The notes under the pieces were generated by a model that saw only the letters and a list, made by a program, of their open reading frames with translations, did no database searches and was not told the DNA's origin. From NCBI GenBank assembly GCA_001938485.1, contig MQRK01249555.1, positions 1 through 64,000 of the forward strand: 64,000 bases of DNA, written 5' to 3'. Both the position numbers and the translations under genes were made by a program. Source of the stretch: Girardia tigrina. Lineage: Eukaryota. Of the stretch, positions 1-12,165 are shown in pieces (positions within the stretch are counted from its first letter, which is position 1; each line of letters begins with the position of its first letter).

Positions 1-1922
1 GTTTTCTTTGACTTATTTAAAAATAATAAAAAACTTTTTCTTTAATCATTTGCTTTTATAGAATAATTTCTTTTATGTTTAAGTGATGATTTTTTTAAGT
101 CGAATGATTTTTTATTTTAAAAGTACATGAATGCAACGGTGGTATTTGTTTTAGATTTCGCTTTGAGAAGGGGGTTTTCTTGTATCGTATACCGAAGTAT
201 ATTAAAATCCAACATGGACACTAATAGTATTATGAAAACAGATCATCTCTTAAAATATAATTTCTATTATTTTTACTTTCCTTACNNNNNNNNNNNNNNN
301 NNNNNNNNNNNNNNNNNNNNNNNNNNNNNNNNNNNNNNNNNNNNNNNNNNNNNNNNNNNNNNNNNNNNNNNNNNNNNNNNNATTTAATTACCATATTCTT
401 TGCATTCTAAAATTTATAATTTCTTTTTTTGACACTGGAAAGTAAATAAATCAATATCATTTTCATAATCACATTGATATTTTTTTAACAATTCATGACA
501 TGTTTCAAGCATTTTTTACCAAAAATAAATAATTGAACGTTGCTTGAACGATCGGAAAACTTAATTATATTGGGGATATTTAATAACATTTGACGCATTA
601 ATTTTAAAATCACTTTAATTCTAAAAACAAAACTCAATTATTTTAGAAACCATTTCCTCAGATTAATCGAAATTGTCAAGTCACTGAATTATTTTTTATT
701 ATATTGTATGAAAAGTCAATTCATTGATTTTGAATTATCGATTGAATTATATAAGGGTAATCAAAAATTTTAAACAAGCTCGATTTGACTGTTTATTTGA
801 ACGTGACGTCACTAAGCGTCACAAAACACTCTCTTATGATGCATATAAAGAATCTTGAATGTATCAATTTTAATATGCTCAGTATTATTAGGCTCACCCT
901 CTTTTCGAGGAATTATTTGAATTTCCATAAATAGATGATATTCGTCAGTAGGATTTAGTAGTATTAAGACAAATAAATTTAATGTTTGACTGAGGACAAT
1001 ATTTGAACTCTACTTTCTTTCAATACATTAAAAATGTATAAGTGGTAATAACATGTGATATGTTTGTCGGTTTTGTAAACAAACTTTTTAACAAAACTGT
1101 ATGGATAAGATTTTTAAACATTAAGGAAACTTTTAATTTATGGGTTTTTCGTTTTCTGCTTGAGATAATCGCAAGTGAGATCAAAGTCAGTTTGTTAGTC
1201 TAATTGAAATCGGAAAAACATCTTCCAAAAGTACACTTGGAACTCAATAAATATATCAAATCTCAAAAAATTGACATCTACAACCAGTGGATTTATAAAT
1301 TTTGCAGTTAATTTTATGTTATTGAAGTAATCGATTCGTTTGATTTGAAATTCTCCCCATAGATATCGAAATGTTTTTATTTAAATTTATGTTTAATATG
1401 TTATGTTTTTATTTAGAAGCACCGACTAATAATGAATTATGAAATATTTTGAAAAGCATGTGAAAGAGCTAATAGACAGACTTAATTAAAAAGATATCTG
1501 TTGGGTTCACTATGCGTGAGCATAGTGTTACAGTTGATGTTTCCCTCAGTCCACTCGACTGAAAATTACGGGTTCGTTCGGTTCCACTAGCCCTTTAATG
1601 ATTTTGAAGTGCACGAAAGCGTAAAAAGCTAATTTTATATCAAAATTTAAAAAGGTGTTTATTTAAACACAGATATGTATTGAATAAAATGATTGTCCCA
1701 TTATTCAGATCATCAATTTCGAGGAAACAACAAAAACGCGGAACATTTGATGATAAAAATAAAATTGGATGAAAACATGTGAATCTCGGGTGTCAAATTC
1801 TGCGGGCAAAAAATTAATTAAATCAATTTGAACAGTTAATCATAACTCGAAATTAAGTCCCAAAATGGTTAACACAATACAGCAGAACGAACAAATTAAG
1901 CAGATATTTTATTAATTTCATA

Positions 1923-2381
1923 TTACAAATTAGAGAACCGATCCCAGATATCTTGGGAAATTGGGCTGACATATTTCATCATGACTGAGTTACCTTCCGT
2001 ATACGATGAGTAATAGAATACAAATGGATGGGGATTCTCTTCGTTGAAAGCAAATGAGAACTTATCAATCAGCATACAGCCTTTTAGCTGTCCTGGTCTC
2101 ATGTACATTTTCTCTGTTTGAGAATATTTAGCAATTTGATGCGGATACGCTGCCACAAATGACTCGGTGACATTTTCTGATTTTGTTTTCGCAATAAACG
2201 GAAAGGTGAAAATTTCTTTAAGACTTGTTCGAATTTTGCTGGCTCTTGACATTGAAGATTTATTTAGAGAAAGATTCTTCAGAAACGAAACGCGCTTTTC
2301 TTTCGACAGATTGACATAATGTCTATACAATATTACCAGAAACTCGAAATCATCATTTCCATTGTAGATTTCTTTGAGTTT
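1923..2381 (-). CDS. DEAH/RHA-like pseudo-helicase, last exon (ratchet and OB-fold)
   Basis: TTTATTTCAG|AAA phase-0 acceptor; 152 codons plus TAA. DDFEFLVILY resembles SDHLTLLNVY, and FVAAYPHQIA...PFVFY...MKYVSPI resembles the OB_NTP_bind domain. Confidence 0.82.
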   Translation of the reverse strand, partial: KLKEIYNGNDDFEFLVILYRHYVNLSKEKRVSFLKNLSLNKSSMSRASKIRTSLKEIFTFPFIAKTKSENVTESFVAAYPHQIAKYSQTEKMYMRPGQLKGCMLIDKFSFAFNEENPHPFVFYYSSYTEGNSVMMKYVSPISQDIWDRFSNL

Positions 2382-2496
2382 CTGAAATAAACATCTTTTT
2401 ACCACTATTTCATCAAATTTAGTTAGTGAAATTAAATCATACAATAATAAATTGACACTATTTTTTAAGAGTATAAAAGTTTATTATTATCATTAA

Positions 2497-3703
2497 ATGG
2501 GGTCACATTTTTTCACGTTCACGAAAATACACCACTAAATCGCGAAAAAAAATACGATGAAGTATTATTAACATGAAAAATTGGTAAAAAATAACTGAAT
2601 GGTAAAAAATAAAGATATTGTTACTTAGTTATTGTGAGGAATATTTTGAATGTTTGATGTTTTGTGTTTGAATGTTGTAAGTTGATTTGGAAATGTGTCT
2701 CTCCTACCAAGATATATGATTAATATTTGAATTTTTATTATCTAAAAATATGTAATATTTTAATTTATTTCTAATAATAAATTAATTGTAAAATTTTAAA
2801 TAAGTTAATTAATTTTATTTACAATTTTTAATAAATAAATCGAATTAATATTTTTTTAAATAATTAATAATCATTTTAATTTTTATTTAATAAATTTTGG
2901 GTAAATATTTTAACAAATTATTTATATCACCGTTTGCTAATAATAATAAGTCATTAATCAATTTAGTTAGAATGCACTCGTACGAAAGCTTTGACAAAGA
3001 TTGTCTTAAGGACAATCAAAATTATGTTAATAAAAATATGAAAAGTCAAATTGGTGTTCTTAATAGTTATAATTAAGAAACAATTTCTTTATTTTTTTTA
3101 AAATTCAGTCATTTTTAATAATTATTTTAAAACATTAAAATTTTGGATAATTATGAAACAATAGTTCTTATTTGATGAATATTAGGTAAAGTTAAATAAA
3201 AAGGATAATCAATTTTCAAATTTGCACAACTAAATGAAAAGATCTTCAAATTGGACAACTAAAAAAATTAATCCTTCAAATTACACAAATATATAAAATA
3301 AATAATTTTTGTTAAAGTGATTGTCGTAATGGCAGTACAAATATAACACCAGCGTAGTGTGTTGTTGAACTTGGAAATGAGAGTTTATATGAGGATGGAA
3401 GTATCCTATTCTTTCGTGTCTGCAATAAGTCAGTAGACCACATTCACCGTGACTCAATAAAATTAATACATTATGAAATGCTGTTAATTTTTTTTGTATT
3501 ATTATAATTTTATCTATGTAAAAATATTTTAAAATGAAATTTCAATAAACCTTTTTCAGAGTTAATAATTGTAGTTGTTAAGTTATAATAATTGATATCT
3601 CTAAATATATATTCAAAGAGATACATAATCGCGAAAACCGCGAAATTTGAGATTATTGGATCGTGATAAATGTATTTTTGGGTCGCGAAAAAAAGTGGCC
3701 CAT
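2497..3703 (+). mobile_element. Non-autonomous hAT-like TIR element with CGGBP1-type zinc-finger remnant
   Basis: TIRs ATGGGGTCACATTTTTTCACG / CGCGAAAAAAAGTGGCCCAT and CGCGAAA subterminal repeats. About 3385-3460 translates LYEDGSILFFRVCNKSVDHIHRDSIK, similar to the CGGBP1 finger. Confidence 0.55.
2633..3065 (+). mobile_element. Solo LTR (family A; TG...TA termini, 5-bp TSD GTTAT)
   Basis: GTTAT|TGTGAGG...CTTAATA|GTTAT. Homologous inverted copy at 49716-50455. Confidence 0.75.
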
Positions 3704-4069
3704 TTAATAAATGAAGATAAATATTACACAAATAAAAATGGAGATTAAAAAATTACCACACGGAAAAAATGTTTTATTCTTTGAACGTGAGCACAAAATA
3801 TAAGTAAAATTGCTCCATGGCAAATAAACGTAGACAGTTAACAATAGAAATCAAACATAATCATAGACAGTAATTTAAATATTCAGGAATCAATTAGATA
3901 CTAGTTTTCAAGATGTCTAGGTTTCGGAAAATAGAATTGATGCTATCTTTACGCCGATTGTTAACGAATATGTTTCTTTACAATCTATAATGAGAGATAT
4001 TGTTGTTTCTTCTTGATTGCTTCTTTGTTGCTTCCCACTGCAGTCGGTGATGGATGTTTTGAAATAAGT

Positions 4070-4480
4070 CATATATTTCCTAATGTTGAAAAGCCGAAAC
4101 AAGTCGATAAACTATTGCTGTACTTGGAGAACACCAATATCCATGGTCGCAAAATTCGAAATTGAATTAGAAAACTTCCAAAATCTTCAATCAATCTATG
4201 GAGTCATCATAACAGCACTTGTGATTGTATTGCTAGAATGAAAAATGCAGTGGAAGATTGGCATTATGCACTTAATTCATTTTATCATTGCAGTCATCAA
4301 ACCACCTGGAAGTGTTTTCATGGGCTAAGATAAGACGTTCCATTGCAACACACCTGGTAACAACAATTTTATGCTGGACAAGTAAGTCCATCTCGCCTTC
4401 AGTACCGAAGACTATGTGAGCGTCTTAATGGAATGGAAAGGAGTTATAATAGACACTCGAATGAGCTTAATTGCAATATT
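4070..4480 (+). pseudogene. Degenerate MULE (Mutator-like) transposase C-terminal fragment
   Basis: About 4230-4330 translates IARMKNAVEDWHYALNSFYHCSHQTTWKCFHGL, similar to RTNNxVEGWHxxLNxxxxxxHPxxW. Stops present. Confidence 0.6.
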
Positions 4481-4622
4481 GTTTTTACCATATGGTTAAA
4501 TGTATTATCACAGGAGAGTAAAATCAATTATCTGCTAAGTTTATCGAAGTTTCTGTTCGCTAAAGATTTGATATTTGAATGAAAAGTCGGTATTGATTAC
4601 ATAGGTTGAAATAAAATACACA

Positions 4623-4885
4623 TGATAGGAATGTTTGAATGTTACGTGTTGATTTTGGTTGTGTCTCTCCTACCCAGATGGATGATTAATATTTAAATTC
4701 TTTTTATCTGAAACTAATTTAATTTCAGTTTAAGTTCAATGTTAAAATTTATTCAAATTTAAAAATCCCTGTTAAATTTGGAATGGTTTAAATCATTTAA
4801 TTTAAATGTTTCAATGAATAAATCAACTTAATATTTTAAAAATAAGTAAAAATCTTTAAATTTTAACCAATAAAATTTATGATGC
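4623..4885 (+). mobile_element. Truncated family-A LTR copy
   Basis: Shares GTGTCTCTCCTACC(C/A)AGAT..ATGATTAATATT with 2633-3065 and 49716-50455. Confidence 0.55.
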
Positions 4886-4890
4886 ATATA

Positions 4891-5500
4891 CGAGGGGTGT
4901 CCCAAAAGTTCACGGACTGAGAGAATATGGCGTGGTCACGTGTGTGCGTGACTGTACCGCGTGGTGTGTGTGTACGATGACATGAGGTGGGAACCAACCA
5001 ATTCTAATTGAGGTGAACTCTCATTGGCTGCCCGTCGGCATGTGTGTGACATACGAATGTATTAATTTGTCATTTGTCTCTCTTGTGGTTAGTATGGAAG
5101 AGGCAGTGAAATCTCAACGAGCAATCATCTATTTCTTCTGGAAGGAAGACACCCCCACTGCAGATATTGTGCACCGTTTACACCGCGTCTTTGGTGATGC
5201 CGCTATGGGAAGAACGGCTGTCTTTAAGTGGGTGCAACGATTCCAGGCAGGGCGTCAATCATTGGAGGATGATTAACGCAGTGGGTGACTAACAACGTCC
5301 GGATGTCAAGAAAAGTATTTTCTTCGATAATGGTATTAGGAAGTTGACACAGAGATGGGAAAAGTGTGTGAAACTGAATGGTGATTATATTGAAAAGTTC
5401 GATAGCGATTCTGATGAGCATTGATCAATTGTGTTAAGTGGAATAAACTTTTTGAATTTGTTGTTACTTATCAGTCCGCGAATTTTTGGGACACCCTTCA
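4891..5500 (+). mobile_element. Internally deleted mariner (MITE-like)
   Basis: TA-flanked TIRs CGAGGGGTGTCCCAAAAGTTCACGGACTGA / TCAGTCCGCGAATTTTTGGGACACCCTTCA. N-terminal HTH (QRAIIYFFWKE...VFKWVQRF) is joined to the C-terminal GIRKLTQRWEKCVKLNGDYIEK. Confidence 0.92.
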
Positions 5501-6219
5501 TATATAATATTTGTTTAAAAAGTGTGTTTTTTTGTCGGTCACGCTTTTAAATGTGAAATTGTGGAGGAATCGAGTGAATCGATTTAAGGGCGTGGTCAAT
5601 ATGGATCCCAATTTTTAAATCATAAATTTGAAAATAAAAATATTTCATTGGTTCGAATTGTTGCAAAACAAGTTTTAATGGAAATTTAGATAGTTATTGG
5701 ATAGTTGCAAAAGCAATGCAGGTTTTTGAACCAAAACTTTAAACAAATGTAACTCAGCACAGAATAAACTTTATTAATCGAAATAAAAACTGTAATATCT
5801 CACGATATTTTTTTCTGTGTTTTTGTTATTTCTCTTGTACATAGTTTTTTTTGTTCATTGCGTATGACGTATTTTTTTGTATATTCAGCAAAGCGTTATC
5901 TTTTCGACCTGTAAATTCTATCTAAAGCCTTACGAATTATTTTTGTTTTTTTTATGATCATGGATCCTTTTCTTTGAAAACGAAAGTCGACATGCAAGAA
6001 ATCAGATAATTTAGAAGACCTAAAAAAATACCATGTGAAACCTAAATACATATCCAACTTTGATATGAATGAGACTCAGACCAATTTGTATTCTATTGTT
6101 TTTAAGAGAAATTAATGCTCAAGATGGAAAATTTATTTTTTTCGTGTAAATTTAAAAAAAATCATGTTCAGTTTTATATATAATGAAATAAATCTCTTGA
6201 AAATTATTATCAAGAGAAT

Positions 6220-6549
6220 TGTTGTTGATTTGGCGGGTTCCATACGGATCATGCGTTTATTGTCACAAACTAAATTATTCAGTGTTGTTCCTAAGACTCT
6301 GTTTCTCATTCTCCAATAATTCGACAGTGACAGTGGATAAAACAGACAGCACAACACAGTTAAGAAGGAACGAATGAAACTCAGAATAGCGTTCATATTG
6401 GTCATTCTATCGGGCAATAAACGGGCAATATAGATGTTAGAAGATAGTGTTTTGATAGCGAATAATACAGAGTAATAAGATTAATAATAATGAATCTTTA
6501 AAAAAAATCAATAATATCGAACATTGGAAATATATGTTATGTCTTAACA
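6220..6549. mobile_element. Possible solo LTR
   Basis: GC-richer block bounded by TGTTG...TAACA. Flanks AGAAT/ATGAT match only partly. Confidence 0.3.
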
Positions 6550-6719
6550 ATGATATTTTTTTGGGATCCGATGTTGAAATGTACGTTTATTTTTTTTATT
6601 AAATAAATCGTCGCTTTGATTAATTGTTTTTTATTTGATAATTTATTTTTTTTAATTGTAAAAGCAGCGAATATAATATATTTTAATTAAACTACTGTAA
6701 AATTCGCTGCTTTTACAAA

Positions 6720-7874
6720 AACCATAAGATTCAATACATTATTGTCACCAAGAAACAAGTTTATTGATGCCCCTAATGTAGAACTCCTAAGGTTAAAGCG
6801 TTAAAGGCGTCGTCTTGGTTTTTGAAGCATATTTCCTGGAGGAAGTTGTCCAGATGCTTGAAAAAATGGTAGTCGGTGGGCGAGAGGTCCAGTGAGTAGG
6901 GTGGATGAGGCAGGATTTCGTAACCTAATTTGTTTAGCTTTTGTAGGGTCGGTTGTGCGATGTGTGGTCGGGCGTTATCATGGAGGAGAATCAACCCCTT
7001 CATAATGACCAATCTTGGGAACATACGTCGGAGCTCGTGATGTATTTTGTCAATTTGTTGGCAGTACTTCTTTGCGGTGATCGTTTCACCAGTATTCAGA
7101 AAGCTGTGATGGATGAGACCGGCTACAGACCACCAAACAGTCAGTATAACCTTCTTTTGGTGGAGTTTCGGTTTCGGAAAGTGGTGAGGAGCCTCATCGC
7201 GGTCCAACCATTGTGCCGAACGTCGCCGATTGTTGTAGAGAATCCACTTCTCATCACACGTCACAATCCGATCGAGAAACAGGTCGTTCATGTTGCGCAG
7301 AAGACGCCTCAAAATGATGAATTTTTGAGTTTCGTTCAATTCGTGAGATACCCATTTATCGAGATTTTTCGATTTCCCAATTTGCTTCAAGTGCCGAGCG
7401 ACGGTTGATGGATCAACGTTAAGCGCTTCTGAGAGTGTTCGAACAGTTGTGCGTGGATTGACTTGAACCGACTCCTTCAATTCGTCGTTGTCAATCGTCA
7501 ATGGGGCGACTGCTATGAGGCTCATCTTCCATGCTGGTATTGCTAGAGCGAAACTTTTGATACCAGCGCTGCACTGTGCATTCGTTGACACTTTCCTTGC
7601 CCCAAACTTCGTTGATGTTTCGAGCGGTTTCAGCTGCATTACACCCTAGCTTGAACTCGTGGAAGTAAATGTTACGAAAATCACGTTTTGCCATTTGTAA
7701 TTAAAATCGAAATTATTATCAAAAGAAACATTATAATATGTTTTAGACAAATATATCTGAAAGAGTATACATTAAGCTTTCGAATGACTCATAACATCAT
7801 ACATGCTTTAGTCGTATAACATTGCGGTAAATACAAAAAAATCAAAAATCTGCATTCCTTTTGCAACAACCTAA
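6720..7874 (-). mobile_element. Mariner (cecropia/Hsmar1-like), frameshifted, 3' TIR lost
   Basis: ORFs 7491-7694 and 6773-7639 contain [32 protein letters not shown]. 5' TIR TTAGGTTGTTGCAAAAGG with adjacent TA. Confidence 0.92.
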
Positions 7875-7966
7875 TAAATAAATAAAAATTCACAAATGAA
7901 TATTAAATATTTATAATTATTAATAATCAAATTATTTTACTATAAATTAATAAGAGCAAAAGTTAC

Positions 7967-8146
7967 TGTTAAATGGTCCGTTTCAGAATTGAATAAATCG
8001 ATAAACAAATCTTCTGAAACTCGAAGAAGAGATACCAGTGTCAGGCACGAAACCAAACATTCGTCCTTGACAGCATGGAGGAGCACAGAGGCGGTCTGGC
8101 AGTCGATTGGTCTCAATTGCAAGCACTTTTTCCCCAGCTCCGTTAA
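7967..8146 (-). CDS. DEAH/RHA-like pseudo-helicase, exon 3 (HA2 domain)
   Basis: TTCAG|TTA and ACA|GTAACT, phase 0. LTELGKKCLQLRPIDCQTASVLLHAVKDECLVSCLTLVSLL fits the HA2 pattern LTxLGxxMxxLPxxPxxAxxLLxAxxxxC. Confidence 0.88.
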
Positions 8147-8299
8147 CTGAACAGTTTTATTGTCAATAATTTTATATGTTCAAATTTATTATCATTATTA
8201 AGTTAATTATTATTTAGGAACAAATTCACTTGGCAACATAACTATGTCAGAAAAATTCATTTGATAAAAAAAGAAGAATTTCCTAAATTTTCATTTATC

Positions 8300-8720
8300 A
8301 ATGTAAAATTTGTGGCTGCTGAATTTAAACATGGACAAACCAGCAAGATACCATACATCGATCGACCGAAAAATGTAATCTTTAATGATAATGTCGCCCA
8401 AGTTCATCAAATGATCCAGGAATCTGGATGAATTAAGATGAGAGACATAACAGAGTCAACAAACATGTCCAAAGAACGCACATGGAATTACGAGAATGCA
8501 AATTCCGGACAAAAATCTTTTTTGACTGAACATATTTATACTGTTCTGTTGGCGCGGTTTAGGCGTAAAAAGCAGGCTTTAAGACGATTAATTACTGTAG
8601 ATGAGACTAGGATTAACCATGCAACTTCATAAACGCAATTAAAATTCAAACAATGAAATGCGAAGGAAAAGTAAACCACAAAAAGGCAAAAACATTTTCA
8701 CAAAGCCTTCATAATTGGAC
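8300..8720 (+). mobile_element. Highly degenerate mariner fragment
   Basis: WAAEFKHGQTS near 8313 and RRLITVDETRINH near 8580. Confidence 0.6.
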
Positions 8721-9928
8721 AATATTTTATAGCGTAAACCCGATTCGTTGCAATGTTATTTAAAGTACTTGTGTTATCTATTCTGTTAACTGAAGATTTT
8801 TCGGATACACAAAATTTGTTTTCTAATCTGGTACTTGCTAAAATAAATCAGAAGGTTTTCCAATGACTGTACTAGGATAAAGACCTCGATCAAAATTATC
8901 TTCTTCTTTTTAAATAAAATCAAAACGTAATTTAAAAATTTTGTGATAAATGAATGAAAAAGGAATTTTATTGGAATAGATAGTAGTATTTTATCGAATC
9001 TTAAGGCGTTTAAACAGAATTAAATGAATTACGTGGTTATATCATTAAGTACCCGGAAAATTCCCGACTGTAATCATAATTATCATCTTAATGTAGTGTC
9101 CCAACAATAAAATCAGCATGCAGAATTCATCTGGATCGAGCAATACATACAGAAACAGTTTCCAGTCTTGCTTCCACTTTTTAAAGATATATATTCTTTA
9201 TTCCTTTTGTGTTTAAAATATAGATAGACCAATGACTTGTCGCTTGAGTGGAATAATTGAATCACAGCGAAAGGAATATTTAGTCAATTTGAATGTCAAT
9301 TAATGAATGATTGTAGCGTTTATTAAATATTTTAGATATGTTTGATTTAAAAGATGGGGTGATACGGCCGATCTCACCGATGCAAACTGGACGGATTTTG
9401 TCAAAATAAAGTCGATAAATCACAGACAAATGATCTTATGGATTTTGACTCTCTGGCTAATGGAAAGATAAAGCAGTTAATGAACACGTTGAAATCTCAA
9501 TCACTTGGCAAACAATTCGGACATAACAAATAAAACCCATCTTCAACAAGTCACAATGAATTAAAACAGTCTCTTGACGCACTCGTCCAATTCTATTTGG
9601 ATAATGCACAGATAATCCACGTTTTTAGCGCAATTTCCATACTGACAATTGCGATTATTAATTGGTTATTTCTGTGTGGATGGATGGGTGGATGTGTATC
9701 CGCAGCTTTAAGTCGTATCTCCTCCTCAACGAATCAATTTCGAGGGCTAGTTCCAAAAGCAAATATGTTAAGTAAGTTCGGAGGATGATTGTGGGCCAAA
9801 AAAATTCCCGGATTTCCTTCCTGGATTTCCCGGAAAAGCCAAAAAACCTCGAAAAAATNNNNNNNNNNNNNNNNNNNNNNNNNNNNNNNNNNNNNNNNNN
9901 NNNNNNNNNNNNNNNNNNNNNNNNNNNA

Positions 9929-12014
9929 CATTTACCAATCGATTCCTGCAATAATTTAGAACAATATTGCCGAAGAAAGTTTTCAAAAATATCCTTTCGT
10001 TCGGTCACAAAAAATTAATCATAGTCAAATACTGATATAAACGTTTGAATAATTAATAGACAACTATTAATTTCATATGGATTAATTAATTAATTTTAAT
10101 TAATTTTATATGGACATTGTTTACTTGATGAAGTTGCTTTTTAGCGCAATTTACGAAAATTAAACCNNNNNNNNNNNNNNNNNNNNNNNNNNNNNNNNNN
10201 NNNNNNNNNNNNNNNNNNNNNNNNNNNNNNNNNNNNNNNNNNNTCGGTAATTTTTTCATGGATGTGCTGTCGGATTATCCAATATTCGAATTAAAGGCAG
10301 CAACAACAAACAATTTTCTAAAATTCATTTTGGTTAAAATTCGATTAAAATCCGCATAATTAATCTTCATGGATTCAAATCGGTAAGTGAGAATGAAACG
10401 AAACGTTTTTAAACGATTACGTCTCAACGTTCTATTTTCTTCACAGATTTGATTCAAGACTTGCAGCCGTCATAAAATGCCTAAGAAACGCTCCCCATCA
10501 CTCACCAATTGGAAAAAGAAAGTATACAACAAGTCATATAAAACCAAAAATGTTTGATAACATAAGGAAATTGCGCTTAAATTGTCACTAGACTTTTTAT
10601 TAACTTGTTTTTAAATGAACCTAGAAAGTTTTACCCTAAAATTTGATTCAAATGACGTATACTGATCAGCAAAAAACTCATCTCGTTTTGATGCTTGTTG
10701 AGGAAGCCTATGATTATGCGCAGCTCAAAACTCGATTCCGAAGTGAAACAAGAAATGGTCGAGCAAAGATTCCGGAAAAAAGAGTCATTGTAAAATGGAT
10801 TGACGATTTTCGAGCGACTGGAAGTGTCCATGGAAAGCGCGGAAAGAACAAGCCAAAACATGTTCGTACCAAAGAAGCCATTGAAGACGTCCATGAAGCC
10901 TTTACTGCAAATCCTCATCTATAAACTCGACGCAATCCATTTGTTTCAACTGGCGACACTGACAGCGAAGAAGACGATCACGGAACAGTTCGTATGTCAC
11001 AAAGAAGCTTGTAGCGAATTTTGAAAGAAGACTTACAGATACGTCCCTATCATTTGCAAATGGCTCTTGTCTTGAAGGAGACCGACTATGCCGCTCGAAT
11101 TGAGTTTGCTCGAACCGATTTGGATCGATTGGATGAAAATGCAAACAGACTCAACAATCTTCTTTTTACGGATGAAGCCCACTTTCATTTAAACGGAAGC
11201 GTCAATCATCAAGACTGGATCATGTGGGCCGATGAAAATCCTCATTGGTTTGATCTTCGTCGACTTCATCCTCAAAAATTGACAGTTTGGATGGGAATTG
11301 GTGTCGAAGGTGTTGTTGGCCCATACTTTTGGGAGCGACAAGGAAATGAGCGCGGAATCAATGGTCGTTGGATGNNNNNNNNNNNNNNNNNNNNNNNNNN
11401 NNNNNNNNNNNNNNNNNNNNNNNNNNNNNNNNNNNNNNNNNNNNNNNNNNNNNNNNNNNNNNNNNNNNNNNNNNNNNNNNNNNNNNNNNNNNNNNNNNGT
11501 CAACAGTTTCCAAATCGATGGATAGGTCGCAGAACACGGGCGCATCCTGCTCCAGTTACATGGCCACCTCGCTCGCCAGATCTTACAGCATGTGACTATT
11601 GGTTGTGTGGCTACATGAAAGGTCGAATTTATCATCGCGAACAACATCTAAGCACACTCGAAGAGTTGAGAGCAGCGATTGAAGGAGTTGCCAATGAAAT
11701 CCGTGGAGACCGCGCACTTCGTGAACGCGTTGTGGCCGACTACAGACGACGTTTGCATGAATGTTTTCTTAGAGATGGAGGACAAGTTGAAATTCGATAA
11801 TTAATTGTTGTTATGTTTTTATGGAATAAAAAACTTGTTAAATTTTTCGTCTCAAAAATTTTTTTAATTTTTGATGTTTTTTTTCAATTTTTTATATACC
11901 ATCAGAATTTGGCGACGCTCAGGATTCTAAAAATGTATAATTTACCTATAAAAAAGTAGGTGGATAAAAAGATCCAATAGAAAAGTACCTTGGAGTTTAT
12001 TTTGCGTCAACCTG
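9929..12014 (+). mobile_element. Tc1/mariner element, DD41D/maT-like (DUF4817 HTH), decayed
   Basis: ORFs 10643-10924 and 11021-11800 contain LFTDEAHFHLNG, VVGPYF, WPPRSPDLTACDYWL. Right end ...GCGTCAACCTG|TA. Left end is probably inside an N gap. Confidence 0.85.
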
Positions 12015-12165
12015 TATATATTTTAAATATCAAAATACATTAAACAATTATGTTTAAATAAAGTAAAATTTAATGTTTATTGTGCATATTGATGTTTAAA
12101 AAAATGTTTAATCGAATTTTCAAATAATTTTATAATATTTTTTGTATAATAATAAATAATAAAAC

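Noticed and set aside
803-812. Palindromic CRE GTGACGTCAC
   Set aside because: Lies downstream of both genes, probably in decayed DNA-transposon sequence, with no promoter context.
2382-2457. Extension of the last helicase-like exon to 2444 or 2457
   Set aside because: The 2457 acceptor is phase 2 and incompatible with the phase-0 donor at 7967. TTTATTTCAG at 2382 fits.
6133-6417. 94-aa ORF or alternative helicase exon
   Set aside because: No family motifs, not needed for an in-frame model, and better explained as LTR-like sequence.
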